Source of the DNA: Candidatus Poribacteria bacterium
GTDB taxonomy: Bacteria; Poribacteria; WGA-4E; PCPOR2b
Direction of reading: 5' to 3'
Length of the DNA: 64,000 nucleotides
NCBI GenBank assembly: GCA_965116925.1
Contig: OZ220744.1
Span: 4,672,001-4,736,000 of the forward strand
Every line of letters starts with the position of its first letter. Position 1 is the first letter of the stretch. Both the position numbers and the translations under genes were made by a program. The notes under the pieces were generated by a model. It was not told where the DNA came from. It ran no database searches and saw only the letters and a list, made by a program, of their open reading frames with translations. Positions 9,236-18,221 of this stretch are shown piece by piece.

Positions 9236-9368
9236 TAGACTTACGCAGTTGAACAGTCAAAGCCCTGTAGCTCGGCGATTCATCGCCGTTGGACACCGTT
9301 ACCAACCCTGGTCTCGGAACGGACGCCCGATGAATCGGGCAACTACAATCTGGAGTGCGTAAGTCCTG
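9236..9368. mobile_element. MITE family A inserted in the leader of propeller 2
   Basis: TAGACTTACGCA...TGCGTAAGTCCTG with 6-bp TSD ATTCTT; paralogous leaders (about 7030, 7860) are empty sites. Confidence 0.85.
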
Positions 9369-9533
9369 ATTCTTTGGAATTGATAGAGGTCAGATTGGGT
9401 TGGCAACCCCTTTACGATTAAAAGGGCAATTCGTATTATTATCGTCCGAACTTATCGCCCCTTCGTTGGCGTTTATGAGCTACTCCCGTATGTTTCCGCG
9501 TCTCAGCAAACGCTGTTTTCTCAACAATAGCAG

Positions 9534-10496
9534 TTATCGGTCAATCTGTTTGAGCCATCCCCACATTGTAAATTTTTTGCCAGCGGGAGAGATCGAGAAA
9601 GAAGAGTTAAACCATGCAGGCTCTTCTTCATCCTCGGGATGATTGGTGAGGTTCCGAGGATTACTCCCATCGGCAGCCATGACGTAGACGTCCGGATTCA
9701 AATCCCTCGTCCTATTCGACACGAAGGCAATTCGCTTACCGTCGGGTGACCATGAGGGAGACCGATCAGCATCGGGATGATTGGTGAGGTTTTGCTTATT
9801 ATCCCCATTGGTGTCCATCACATAGATTTCCCAGTTTCTCAGCCTCCCGGAAGTAAAAGCAATGCGCTTACCGTTAGGAGACCATGAGGGGCTAGAGTCA
9901 GAATCTTCATGATGGGTGAGTCTACGCTGATTCCCCCCATTGGCGTCCATCACGTAGATGTCAATGTTCCCACCGCTACTGGAAACAAAGACAATGCGTT
10001 TACCGTCGGGTGACCATGAGGGATCCTCGTCAAAACGGTTATTATTGGTGAGATTTTTAGGGTTGCCCCCATCGGTGTCCATCACGTAGATTTCACTGCG
10101 CCCCTTCCTATCAGACACGAAGACAATCTGTTTACCGTCAGGCGACCATGAGGGGTTCCATTCATCAAAGTCATTATTAGAAAGGTTTCGCTGATTGCCC
10201 CCATCGGCATCCATCACATAGATTTGCCGGTTCCAATCCCTATCATTCCTATCAGCAGTAAAGGCAATCCGTTTACCGTCAGGCGACCATGAGGGATGTT
10301 TATCATCACCAGGATTGTTAGTGAGATTTCGCGGATTATTCCCATCGGCGTCCATCACGTAGATTTCCCAGTGCCAATCCCTATCAGACATGAAGGCAAT
10401 CCGTGCCTGTGCACCAACGGCTACCATCAGCAGCGTTAGAACCAAGACGACAACGCTAGCTGAAACCAAATATGCGAGAGTGTCCCTTCGGTGCAT
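9534..10496 (-). CDS. Secreted TolB-like PD40 beta-propeller, paralog 3
   Basis: Signal peptide, five PSWSP(D/N)G repeats, tail GKKFTMWGWLKQ. Confidence 0.9.
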   Translation of the reverse strand: MHRRDTLAYLVSASVVVLVLTLLMVAVGAQARIAFMSDRDWHWEIYVMDADGNNPRNLTNNPGDDKHPSWSPDGKRIAFTADRNDRDWNRQIYVMDADGGNQRNLSNNDFDEWNPSWSPDGKQIVFVSDRKGRSEIYVMDTDGGNPKNLTNNNRFDEDPSWSPDGKRIVFVSSSGGNIDIYVMDANGGNQRRLTHHEDSDSSPSWSPNGKRIAFTSGRLRNWEIYVMDTNGDNKQNLTNHPDADRSPSWSPDGKRIAFVSNRTRDLNPDVYVMAADGSNPRNLTNHPEDEEEPAWFNSSFSISPAGKKFTMWGWLKQIDR

Positions 10497-10540
10497 CTGT
10501 TATCCCTCCTCTGTTCTCAAATCGGTTTATTATTTTTTGG

Positions 10541-10640
10541 GGTTGATATAAAGTATATCAACCAATAATCTCAAAATACCAGCCAACTTTAAGGAGTCTG
10601 GACAGAATACGTCTACACTCTCTGGAAAATGGTTGAGATT
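10541..10640 (-). promoter_or_regulatory. Promoter/operator region of propeller 3
   Basis: GGTTGATATA-AAG-TATATCAACC inverted repeat overlapping extended -10 TGATATACT; homologous to 7222-7310. Confidence 0.55.
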
Positions 10641-10672
10641 ACATGCAAGAATAATTTATATTGTTATATTGT

Positions 10673-10857
10673 TAGGAGTTACGCACTTCAGTTTGTAGTA
10701 GCGCAATTCATTGCACGTTACCACGGGCGATAAATCGCCCGACTACGAACCTTTATCCCTATTGTAGTTGCCCGATTCATCGGGCGTTGGAAACGGTATC
10801 CTACGGCGATTCATCGCCGAGCTACAGGGCTTTGATTGTTCAACTGTGTAAGTCCTA
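10673..10857. mobile_element. MITE family A
   Basis: TAGGAGTTACGCA...TGTGTAAGTCCTA with 6-bp TSD TATTGT; several GTAG hairpins inside. Confidence 0.85.
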
Positions 10858-10871
10858 TATTGTATAAAATA

Positions 10872-11095
10872 ATCTAAGTTGCTAGTTGTTGTTCCGGTGT
10901 TTGTCTGAACCGTGAAACGAAGCGTAATAGGTAATGCGAGGATCGCAGATTAGGCAATCTGCGCCACGATTAGTAACATTTGCCCGACGACTGGGATTCT
11001 ATAACATAAACCAAGTCGTTAGAATCAGACAGAAAGCGAGTTTTGAAGAAAAAACTCGGTTTATAGTGCTTGGTCTATCAACTAGCAACTTGCGT
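10872..11095. mobile_element. MITE-like element, family C
   Basis: AAGTTGCTAGTTG...CAACTAGCAACTT inverted ends, TAAAATA on both flanks. Confidence 0.6.
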
Positions 11096-11151
11096 TAAAA
11101 TAACGTGATTCTCAACTTTTATAGAAAAATGAATTACATAGGAGGACAACC

Positions 11152-11961
11152 ATGTCAAATATGTCAAAACACGTGACAACCTGTATTCTTGTTGCAACTT
11201 TTTTTACTGCCGTGATTACACCGGTTTTTGGACATGAGCAGCAGTGGATATTGCCCAACTTTTTCTATACGGACCATGAATCTCCTTGGTTGGGTATGGA
11301 GCACACAGCGGGAGATCAACGGTTTGTCTCTGGACATGGGTTAGGAAGCCCTTTATGGATTATCCATCCGGAAGGATGGCGTATGGGACGACCATCATCT
11401 ATTTTTGTTGGTCAGACGAGGACTGTCGGGGAGATAGAACTGCGAGAGCCGGGCACCTATCGAATCGAAACAAACCATCCGGTCCAATATGTGACAGAAT
11501 TTGAGGTAGATGGCAAAAAGAGGTGGGCTGGCAAATCGAAAGACCAACTACCCGGCAAAAAGATTCTCCAGTCGGCACATCGATGGTCTCAGACCACCAC
11601 TTTTGTGACGGTGAAGAAATATACGAAACGTGTTTTGGAACCTGCCGGTGCATTTTTAGAAATCGTGCCAGTAACCCATCCAAACAAGATTTTTGTGGGA
11701 AAGCCATTTGCAGTTCGCGTTCTATCAAGAGGTCAACTGGTTCCGGGCCAAGAGGTTCAAGCTTACTCGGAGATGGACAGCGGACATGACACACCCCTAG
11801 TAACAGTTACCAACGCCGATGGTGAATGTGAATTAACCTTTCCATCTTCCGGTATGTATCTACTAACCGCCCGACTCCGTCAGGATGCCAAAGATTCTTC
11901 CCGCGCCAATATTGATGTATTTAATGTATCAATGCTGGTAGAGGTTAGGAAGAAAAGGTAA
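11152..11961 (+). CDS. DUF4198-like secreted protein (family often linked to Ni/Co uptake)
   Basis: Signal peptide followed by H-x-x-x-W-I-L-P; LEIVPVTHP and TNADG motifs. Confidence 0.7.
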   Translation: MSNMSKHVTTCILVATFFTAVITPVFGHEQQWILPNFFYTDHESPWLGMEHTAGDQRFVSGHGLGSPLWIIHPEGWRMGRPSSIFVGQTRTVGEIELREPGTYRIETNHPVQYVTEFEVDGKKRWAGKSKDQLPGKKILQSAHRWSQTTTFVTVKKYTKRVLEPAGAFLEIVPVTHPNKIFVGKPFAVRVLSRGQLVPGQEVQAYSEMDSGHDTPLVTVTNADGECELTFPSSGMYLLTARLRQDAKDSSRANIDVFNVSMLVEVRKKR

Positions 11962-12076
11962 CAGTATTGATGTGTCTGCTGTCGGTCTGGTAAGTTGACA
12001 ATTCCTTGCTTTGGATTTTTGAGCTTCGTTGCTGTGGTTATTTTGGCTACGATTAAATATCGACAGAACCCGTCTA

Positions 12077-12140
12077 CGGGCGGGGAGACCCCGCCCCTAC
12101 GATTTCACTTCGCATTTTGCACTTTTTTTTTACATGAGCC
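12077..12140. mobile_element. Partial MITE family B with REP hairpin
   Basis: GGGCGGGGAGACCCCGCCCCTAC...TGCAC(T-run)ACATGAGCC, as in 35213-35303. Confidence 0.6.
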
Positions 12141-12193
12141 CACACTTTAACTGCGTACTCCCCGGTTTATGTGAGGGACGAGGGTGAAATTGC

Positions 12194-12222
12194 TTGACTT
12201 TGAAATCCGATTCCACTACAAT
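12194..12222 (+). promoter_or_regulatory. Sigma-70 promoter
   Basis: TTGACT-17-TACAAT. Confidence 0.55.
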
Positions 12223-12276
12223 CAGCGGAATTGAACTTGTTCGCACAACGTATGACCACTTCAAAAGGAGCAGTTT

Positions 12277-13362
12277 ATGACCACGCCATCTTTCACCCGA
12301 TCTACCCCACAAGACCTTGTCCGCGTTGGTGTGATAGCCGGTCCCGGCGGGCACATGCACGGTATCTGGGGCAATACGATGAACCCGCCCGCGGGTCAGA
12401 TCCGCACGACAGGTATGCTGCTGACACACGCTTGGACCATTAGACCTGATATGGGCGAGCGACTGAATTCACTATTCCAAGGCGTTGAAATTGTCGGACA
12501 CCCCGCTGATATGATCGGCAAGGTTGATGGCGTGTACATCGACGATGTCACTGCGATTTCGTTGTATCCGCTGTTCGCAAAGCCTTTCCTTGAAGCAGGC
12601 GTCCCGACCTTTGTCAATCGCCCCTTTGCTACCTCTCTAGCGAAGGGTCAGGCGATGGTAGATTTGGCGGAGAAACACGGCACCCCACTCTTGACCGCAT
12701 CAACGTGGGAGTATACCGAGAGCGTGGGCGACCTGCGTGCGAAAGCCGCTGACCTGAACGACATCAAAGGCTATGTCGCACACAATTCGATGAGCGATTA
12801 CTATTCGCACGGGCTACACGGCGTATGGTACATCCACGCTGTCCTGCGGGACGAGATTAAGAAAGGTCGGGGAAGAATGACGGGGGCGGCGTATCACACC
12901 CCGAATTGGCGAAAGCCGAATGGCCTTGTGGTGTATGAGCATGACCATCCGACGCATCCGTACTACGGTTCATTGGAATTGGTGAGTGGGGCGGATGCAC
13001 AGGGGTATATGCGTATTTTCGGGGACCATCAAGGCGATGCGGAGGGCAAGATACCGGGGCGTCCGGGGCATTTTCGCTACAACACGTGGAACGCCTTGCA
13101 GCTGGTTATTCAGGAGATGTTTGAAACAGGCGAATCACCGGAGACCGGCGACGACTTAATGGAAAAATTGACGATGTTTCTCCTACCGTTCTATTCGACT
13201 CTGGAACGTAGCGGAAACTTTGTCCGTCGTGAGGAATTGGGAGATTGGGAGGTTCCGAACCCGTCGCCTGTGTTGATGGAGGATGGAGAGCCGACGGATA
13301 GCGCATTCCAACAACCGTACACCGAGGCGGAGTTAGATAATGTTGAGGATATGTTGTCATAA
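12277..13362 (+). CDS. Gfo/Idh/MocA-like oxidoreductase (divergent)
   Basis: VRVGVIAG, MIGKVDGV, PFLEAGVPTFVNRPFA, YYSHGLH. Confidence 0.6.
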   Translation: MTTPSFTRSTPQDLVRVGVIAGPGGHMHGIWGNTMNPPAGQIRTTGMLLTHAWTIRPDMGERLNSLFQGVEIVGHPADMIGKVDGVYIDDVTAISLYPLFAKPFLEAGVPTFVNRPFATSLAKGQAMVDLAEKHGTPLLTASTWEYTESVGDLRAKAADLNDIKGYVAHNSMSDYYSHGLHGVWYIHAVLRDEIKKGRGRMTGAAYHTPNWRKPNGLVVYEHDHPTHPYYGSLELVSGADAQGYMRIFGDHQGDAEGKIPGRPGHFRYNTWNALQLVIQEMFETGESPETGDDLMEKLTMFLLPFYSTLERSGNFVRREELGDWEVPNPSPVLMEDGEPTDSAFQQPYTEAELDNVEDMLS

Positions 13363-13509
13363 TAACTGGTGCTAGTTTGCAAATGTTGATACGCTTACCG
13401 ATCAAAAAACCGCGAGTGAAACGTGATGCGTGAAACGTGAAAACCATTTGTTCGTGGGTTCATGAATGAACTAGTGAACTAATGAACTTTTGAACTAGGA
13501 GGGTAAGTT

Positions 13510-14319
13510 ATGAGAGTCGGTATACACGCAGGTTCCAGCAGTGCAGACGAAATTGCGGCGAGTTGTCGTGATGCAGGGGTGAATGAGATTTTTCTCGGCG
13601 CGGGTGCGGTTCCGGGTGCTTCAGATCGAGGGTATATGACGTCGGACGACTTCAAGCCTTTTAGGGATACGCTTCAAGAGTGCGGGGTTCAGGTATCTGG
13701 GATGATTGCACCGCCGCCCTCCAAAGAGGCGGTGCTCGGTGAAAATGAGTCAGAACTAGATGCCCTGTGCCGGACGCTGCGCGGGATAGGGGAATCCGGT
13801 GTTGATGTCGTGCTTTTCTATCCGCTGGATCGGTTAATCTATTTTAACGAATATCACCCCGGCAGACCGCTGATGGTGATGCCGGGTGAGGACGGGTGGG
13901 ATACGGTTATTCAATTTTTTAGGCGGGTGGTGGGTGTAGCTGACGAGGTAAATCTGAAGTTGGCAAATCATCTATGGGCGATCGATGTGCTGCACGAGGT
14001 TTGGGAGACGGTGCCAAGCCCCAATAACGGCGTGACCTACTGCCAAGGGATGTCTCTCTTTGGTGAAGACCCGCATTCACCCGTTGAGACATGGGGTATG
14101 GATCGGATCTTTTTCTCTCATGCGCGTAACCAAGTTAGACACAGTCAAGTCATGATGGATCACGACGAGGTGCCGCTGGACAGCGGTGATGTCGACATCC
14201 CCCGATGTGTAAGGGCGCTGATGAAAGCGGAATACGATGGACTCATTATTCCCGAACATCTCGGTCCTCAGAGCATTCCCGATGCCGTCGCCTATCTGAA
14301 AGGGCTGATTGATAGCTAA
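13510..14319 (+). CDS. Xylose-isomerase-like TIM barrel (UxuA-related)
   Basis: LANH, GVTYCQG, FSHARN, DSGDVD, IIPEH motifs. Confidence 0.7.
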   Translation: MRVGIHAGSSSADEIAASCRDAGVNEIFLGAGAVPGASDRGYMTSDDFKPFRDTLQECGVQVSGMIAPPPSKEAVLGENESELDALCRTLRGIGESGVDVVLFYPLDRLIYFNEYHPGRPLMVMPGEDGWDTVIQFFRRVVGVADEVNLKLANHLWAIDVLHEVWETVPSPNNGVTYCQGMSLFGEDPHSPVETWGMDRIFFSHARNQVRHSQVMMDHDEVPLDSGDVDIPRCVRALMKAEYDGLIIPEHLGPQSIPDAVAYLKGLIDS

Positions 14320-14368
14320 TCGCGCTTAAGTTCTGTTAATATTTGAAAATTGAGCCAATATTGATGCA

Positions 14369-14624
14369 TCTGAAGCAGTATTTTGGGCAACCACAAGGGT
14401 TGCCCCTACATTGGGTCAATTCCTGTAGGGGTTGGGTTTCCCAACCCTTTGGGCGAGGAAACCTCGCCCCTACGACAGGGAACTTATAGGCGAATTTCTG
14501 AAGCAGTATTTTGGGCAACCACAAGGGTTGCCCCTACATTGGGTCAATTCCTGTAGGGGTTGGGTTTCCCAACCCTTTGGGCGAGGAAACCTCGCCCCTA
14601 CGACAGGGAACTTATAGGCGAATT
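14369..14624. repeat. Exact 128-bp tandem duplication of a REP-hairpin cluster
   Basis: 14369-14496 equals 14497-14624. Confidence 0.9.
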
Positions 14625-14688
14625 ATTGATGAACGAAAAAGCACCCGTGCAAAAACTCGAAACCTTCGCACGGGTGCCAGATTCTACT

Positions 14689-15951
14689 TTAGCGGGACCA
14701 GACCGACTGATAAAGTCCCTCTGTCCCTTCCTCTGCTGGATAAGCGATCGCCGCAGATGGGTATACCGCTACCTTCGGTTTCTGGTCTCGATATATCTGC
14801 TTCAACATATCCAAAATCTCATCCCACGAGTCCATTAATTTGGCTCTGGGTTGCGCTTCCAAGACCTCCATCGGACCCACAGCGTCGGAGAAGAGGATAT
14901 AATCCCAGTCCTCAGATCTGACCAACGGCTTCCGTTCTTCGCGTTCTTGGCCTTCAGCCTCACGGCGAAGTCTCGACCCAATGATGCCCGCTCGGTGATA
15001 ACACACACCCTCATCCCCGGAGGAGACCAAGATGCGCGTCGCTTCCGGCGATGCATGCCGCATGGGCCACCCACCGATCTGTCCATAGCTGAGATCATGA
15101 TCACGGGGATAGCCGGTAGTGACTACGATGTCGGCATCCTTCATCGGCGTAATCGCATAGGCGACCCTTGAGGTCTCGACAGCAGCGCGATGAGCGTCAA
15201 CCAAATCCCCGACGAAAAGGGCGGTAATCTCCCGTCTGTCGTTAAGGGTAGTTATCACCGTTGTATTCACCCCCAGCATTCGGGCAGCTTCCTCGGAGTT
15301 GAGCCGAAATTCATTCTCGACGTTCCCCGCATTTCCACCGCTTTCCATCGTTCCGTGGGCGGTGCTGATGGTTTTATGGTTCGACACGCCGGGGATGACA
15401 ATCTTCCCACCGCCGCTAAACGCCGCGGTCCCATGGGGCCAAGCACCCCCGACGCCGATCTTTACATCGCAGTCTACCACCCATTGGTTGCAGTGGAGCG
15501 GGACCCCACGCGAGGTCTCGCCTATGTAGATGTAGGCGTCGTCCAACTCGTTCTGCTTGACACGAAAACGGCGTACCGTGTCCTCGCCCAACTTCTTCAC
15601 CAAGTCAGCATGCTTCATGCTTCTGTGACAACCGAAGCCCATGAAGAAAATGATATTTTCTTCAGAAATACCGCCCTCCTGAAGCTCCTCTAGAATAAAG
15701 GGGATCACCTCTGAAGAGGGGGTTGGACGGGTTAAATCGTCGCAAATGATGACAGCACTGTTTTGGCCCTGGGCTATCTCCGCAATGCGTGGTGACCCAA
15801 TCGGTTCATGGAACGCCTGTCGGAGTTGGTCTTGGGTCAGTACCGGATGCTTTTCATACGCAATGACGTTGATGTCCCAATCGTCGGGAAACGTCAAGTC
15901 GACTTCTCTATCACCATACCAAGCACCTGTTAAAACTTGAACAGATTGCAT
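14689..15951 (-). CDS. LarA-family nickel-pincer-dependent racemase/epimerase, paralog 1
   Basis: DDLTRPTP, GCHR, PHG, FSGGGK...PG motifs. Confidence 0.8.
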   Translation of the reverse strand: MQSVQVLTGAWYGDREVDLTFPDDWDINVIAYEKHPVLTQDQLRQAFHEPIGSPRIAEIAQGQNSAVIICDDLTRPTPSSEVIPFILEELQEGGISEENIIFFMGFGCHRSMKHADLVKKLGEDTVRRFRVKQNELDDAYIYIGETSRGVPLHCNQWVVDCDVKIGVGGAWPHGTAAFSGGGKIVIPGVSNHKTISTAHGTMESGGNAGNVENEFRLNSEEAARMLGVNTTVITTLNDRREITALFVGDLVDAHRAAVETSRVAYAITPMKDADIVVTTGYPRDHDLSYGQIGGWPMRHASPEATRILVSSGDEGVCYHRAGIIGSRLRREAEGQEREERKPLVRSEDWDYILFSDAVGPMEVLEAQPRAKLMDSWDEILDMLKQIYRDQKPKVAVYPSAAIAYPAEEGTEGLYQSVWSR

Positions 15952-15980
15952 ATTTTTCTCCTTCTATCTAGAGCCGTACT

Positions 15981-17204
15981 CTAATCCCGTGGATAAGCGA
16001 TCGCTGACGAGCGATATATCGCTACCTTCGGCTTCTGGTCACGATATTTCTGCTTCAGAAAGTCGAGAATTTCATCCCACGATTCCATCAATTTGGCTTT
16101 GGGGTGAACTTCCAATACCTCCATCGGACCCACGGCATCAGAGAAGAGGATATAATCCCAGTCCTCCGATCTAACCAGCGGCTTCCGTTCTTCGCGTTCA
16201 CGGTTCTCCGCTTCACGAAGTTGTCTGCCTCGGAGGAAGCCTGCCCGATGATAGCCAACCCCCTCGGTGCCGGTGTTAATCAGAATACGCGTTGCCTCCG
16301 GTTGAGAATGTCTCATGGGCCAACCGCCCTGACCGCCGTATGGAAGGTCATGGTCACGGGGATAGCCGGTGGTAATTACAATATCGGCGTCGGACATTAC
16401 TTGGACCGCGTAAGCCTCTCTCGCCTCCTTAACGGCGGTGCGGTGTGCTTCGACCAAATCGCCCACAAAAAGCCCAGTAATCTCGCGTTTATAGTCCAAG
16501 ATGGTGAGCACCGTTGTATTCAATCCAGCCATTCGAGCGGCTTCTTCGGAGTTAAGGCGAAATTCATTTTCAACATTTCCAGCCCTGCCCCCGCCCTTCA
16601 ACGTGCCGTGTGCGGTGCTGATAGTTTTGTAACTTGCTATACCGGGGATAGCGAGTTTTCCACCGCCGCTGAAACCTGCCGTACCGTGTGGCCACGTTCC
16701 ACCGATACCAATTTTGAGCTCGCAGTCCATCACCCACTGGTTGATATGCAGCGGAACTCCCCGCGACGTGTCCCCTAAATAGACGAATGGATCATCCAAC
16801 TCATTCTGTTTGACTCGGATACGATTTACAGTATCCTCACCGAGTTTCTTTGTGATGTCATCGTGCCGCATCTGTCTGTGGCAGCCATGCCCTATGAAAA
16901 TTAAGATATCCTCTTCAGCGATGCCCCCTTCACCCAATTCATCTAAGATGAAGGGCATGACCTCTGAGGTCGGAGTGGGCCGCGTGAGATCATCGGCAAT
17001 GAGGACAGCACTTTTCTTTCCCTGCGCGAGTTCTGCGATTCTCGGTGACCCAATCGGTTGATGGAACGCCTGCCGCAGCTGATCTTGTGTCAGCACCGGG
17101 CGTTCTTCAAAAGCGATAAGGTTAAGGTCCCAACCGTCAGGAAACGTTAAGTCCACCTCTCGGTCGCCATACCAAGCGGCTGTCAAAACCTGAACTGATT
17201 GCAT
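15981..17204 (-). CDS. LarA-family racemase/epimerase, paralog 2
   Basis: Same motifs; ATG 17204 preferred from RBS spacing and alignment to paralog 1. Confidence 0.8.
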   Translation of the reverse strand: MQSVQVLTAAWYGDREVDLTFPDGWDLNLIAFEERPVLTQDQLRQAFHQPIGSPRIAELAQGKKSAVLIADDLTRPTPTSEVMPFILDELGEGGIAEEDILIFIGHGCHRQMRHDDITKKLGEDTVNRIRVKQNELDDPFVYLGDTSRGVPLHINQWVMDCELKIGIGGTWPHGTAGFSGGGKLAIPGIASYKTISTAHGTLKGGGRAGNVENEFRLNSEEAARMAGLNTTVLTILDYKREITGLFVGDLVEAHRTAVKEAREAYAVQVMSDADIVITTGYPRDHDLPYGGQGGWPMRHSQPEATRILINTGTEGVGYHRAGFLRGRQLREAENREREERKPLVRSEDWDYILFSDAVGPMEVLEVHPKAKLMESWDEILDFLKQKYRDQKPKVAIYRSSAIAYPRD

Positions 17205-17295
17205 TATCAATCCCCCTTGCGGAATTAGTGAATCTATAGATGAGGCAACCGCGAGAGTTACCTCGTTGTTAAGACGTTAAGTCGAGAAGATGGTA

Positions 17296-18060
17296 TTAAA
17301 CATAATTCGGAAATTCTTGACCGCAGATCAACGGATAATCAGGCTTAGGTGCATCTCCCAAATATTTCGTCTTTGAACCCATATAGTGCGTAGCATATCC
17401 CCGGCGCTGCTTCGATGACCGATTGGCATGGCTGCCGTGCAGAAGCAGACTGTGGTGGAAACTACAATCGCCGGACGCTAGTTCAACGGGGGCTTCATTC
17501 TCCCACTCGCCTTCAAGTGCGCTGCTCTCGATTTCCTGCTCCCGTTCTCTGCTGATCAGTCCCCACTTGTGACTCCCCGGGATCACCCACAGGCACCCAT
17601 TTTCAAGCGTCGCATCGTCCATCGCCGCCCAACAACTCACGAGGTTATATGGGACGAGGTGCTTCCATGAATTTGAGTCTTGGTGATATTCCTTACGCGA
17701 ACCGTGCTTCGGTGGCTTCATGAACAACTGATCGCCGTACAGTTTAATATCGGGACCCAGCAAATCGACGATGACCTCCACAATTTTCGGGTTGGCAGCG
17801 TGCGCTCGCATCACTTCGTCGTGAGGCACAAGGTTCCACAACTTACGCACGGATTCGATCTTTGAATCCGCCTGAATCTCGCCCCTTTTGATAGCAGGTT
17901 CTACCTGAATCCATTCTTCTGGCACATGCGCTGCCTCACCGGAGGCGATGAGGTTCGCTCGTTCTTTGAGGGCTTTCACTTCATCTTGGGTGAGGAGGTT
18001 CCGGACGACGAAGTAGCCGTTTTCCCAAAAACGCTGTTTCTGTTCATCTGTCAACGCCAT
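17296..18060 (-). CDS. PhyH-family Fe(II)/2OG dioxygenase
   Basis: HQD...PGSH...LLHGS..N.S...R. Confidence 0.9.
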   Translation of the reverse strand: MALTDEQKQRFWENGYFVVRNLLTQDEVKALKERANLIASGEAAHVPEEWIQVEPAIKRGEIQADSKIESVRKLWNLVPHDEVMRAHAANPKIVEVIVDLLGPDIKLYGDQLFMKPPKHGSRKEYHQDSNSWKHLVPYNLVSCWAAMDDATLENGCLWVIPGSHKWGLISREREQEIESSALEGEWENEAPVELASGDCSFHHSLLLHGSHANRSSKQRRGYATHYMGSKTKYLGDAPKPDYPLICGQEFPNYV

Positions 18061-18221
18061 ATTGGTCTGCTCCTTTTTCCAGCGAGTCGTAAAAAACTCT
18101 CCCGGTCAATATTACCGAAAAGCGAGAAAAACACCCGAATCCTTCTTTTGTCCTGACTGTTAATTATAGTATAACAGCCGAGACTCAGTCAAGCCTATAC
18201 TTTATTGAAGTGCCTCCAAGG

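Noticed and set aside
5976..10496. Periodic DNA repeats (e.g. CCATCACGTAGATTTC, GGGGACCATGAGGG) as a CRISPR array or DGR
   Set aside because: They are in-frame PD40 blades; no cas or reverse transcriptase gene, and no adenine-specific template/variable pair is evident.
14369..14624. CRISPR array or small ORFs (14336-14524, 14432-14617, 14511-14921, 14560-14838)
   Set aside because: Two identical 128-bp units with no unique spacers; the ORFs are translations of REP hairpins or antisense to larA.
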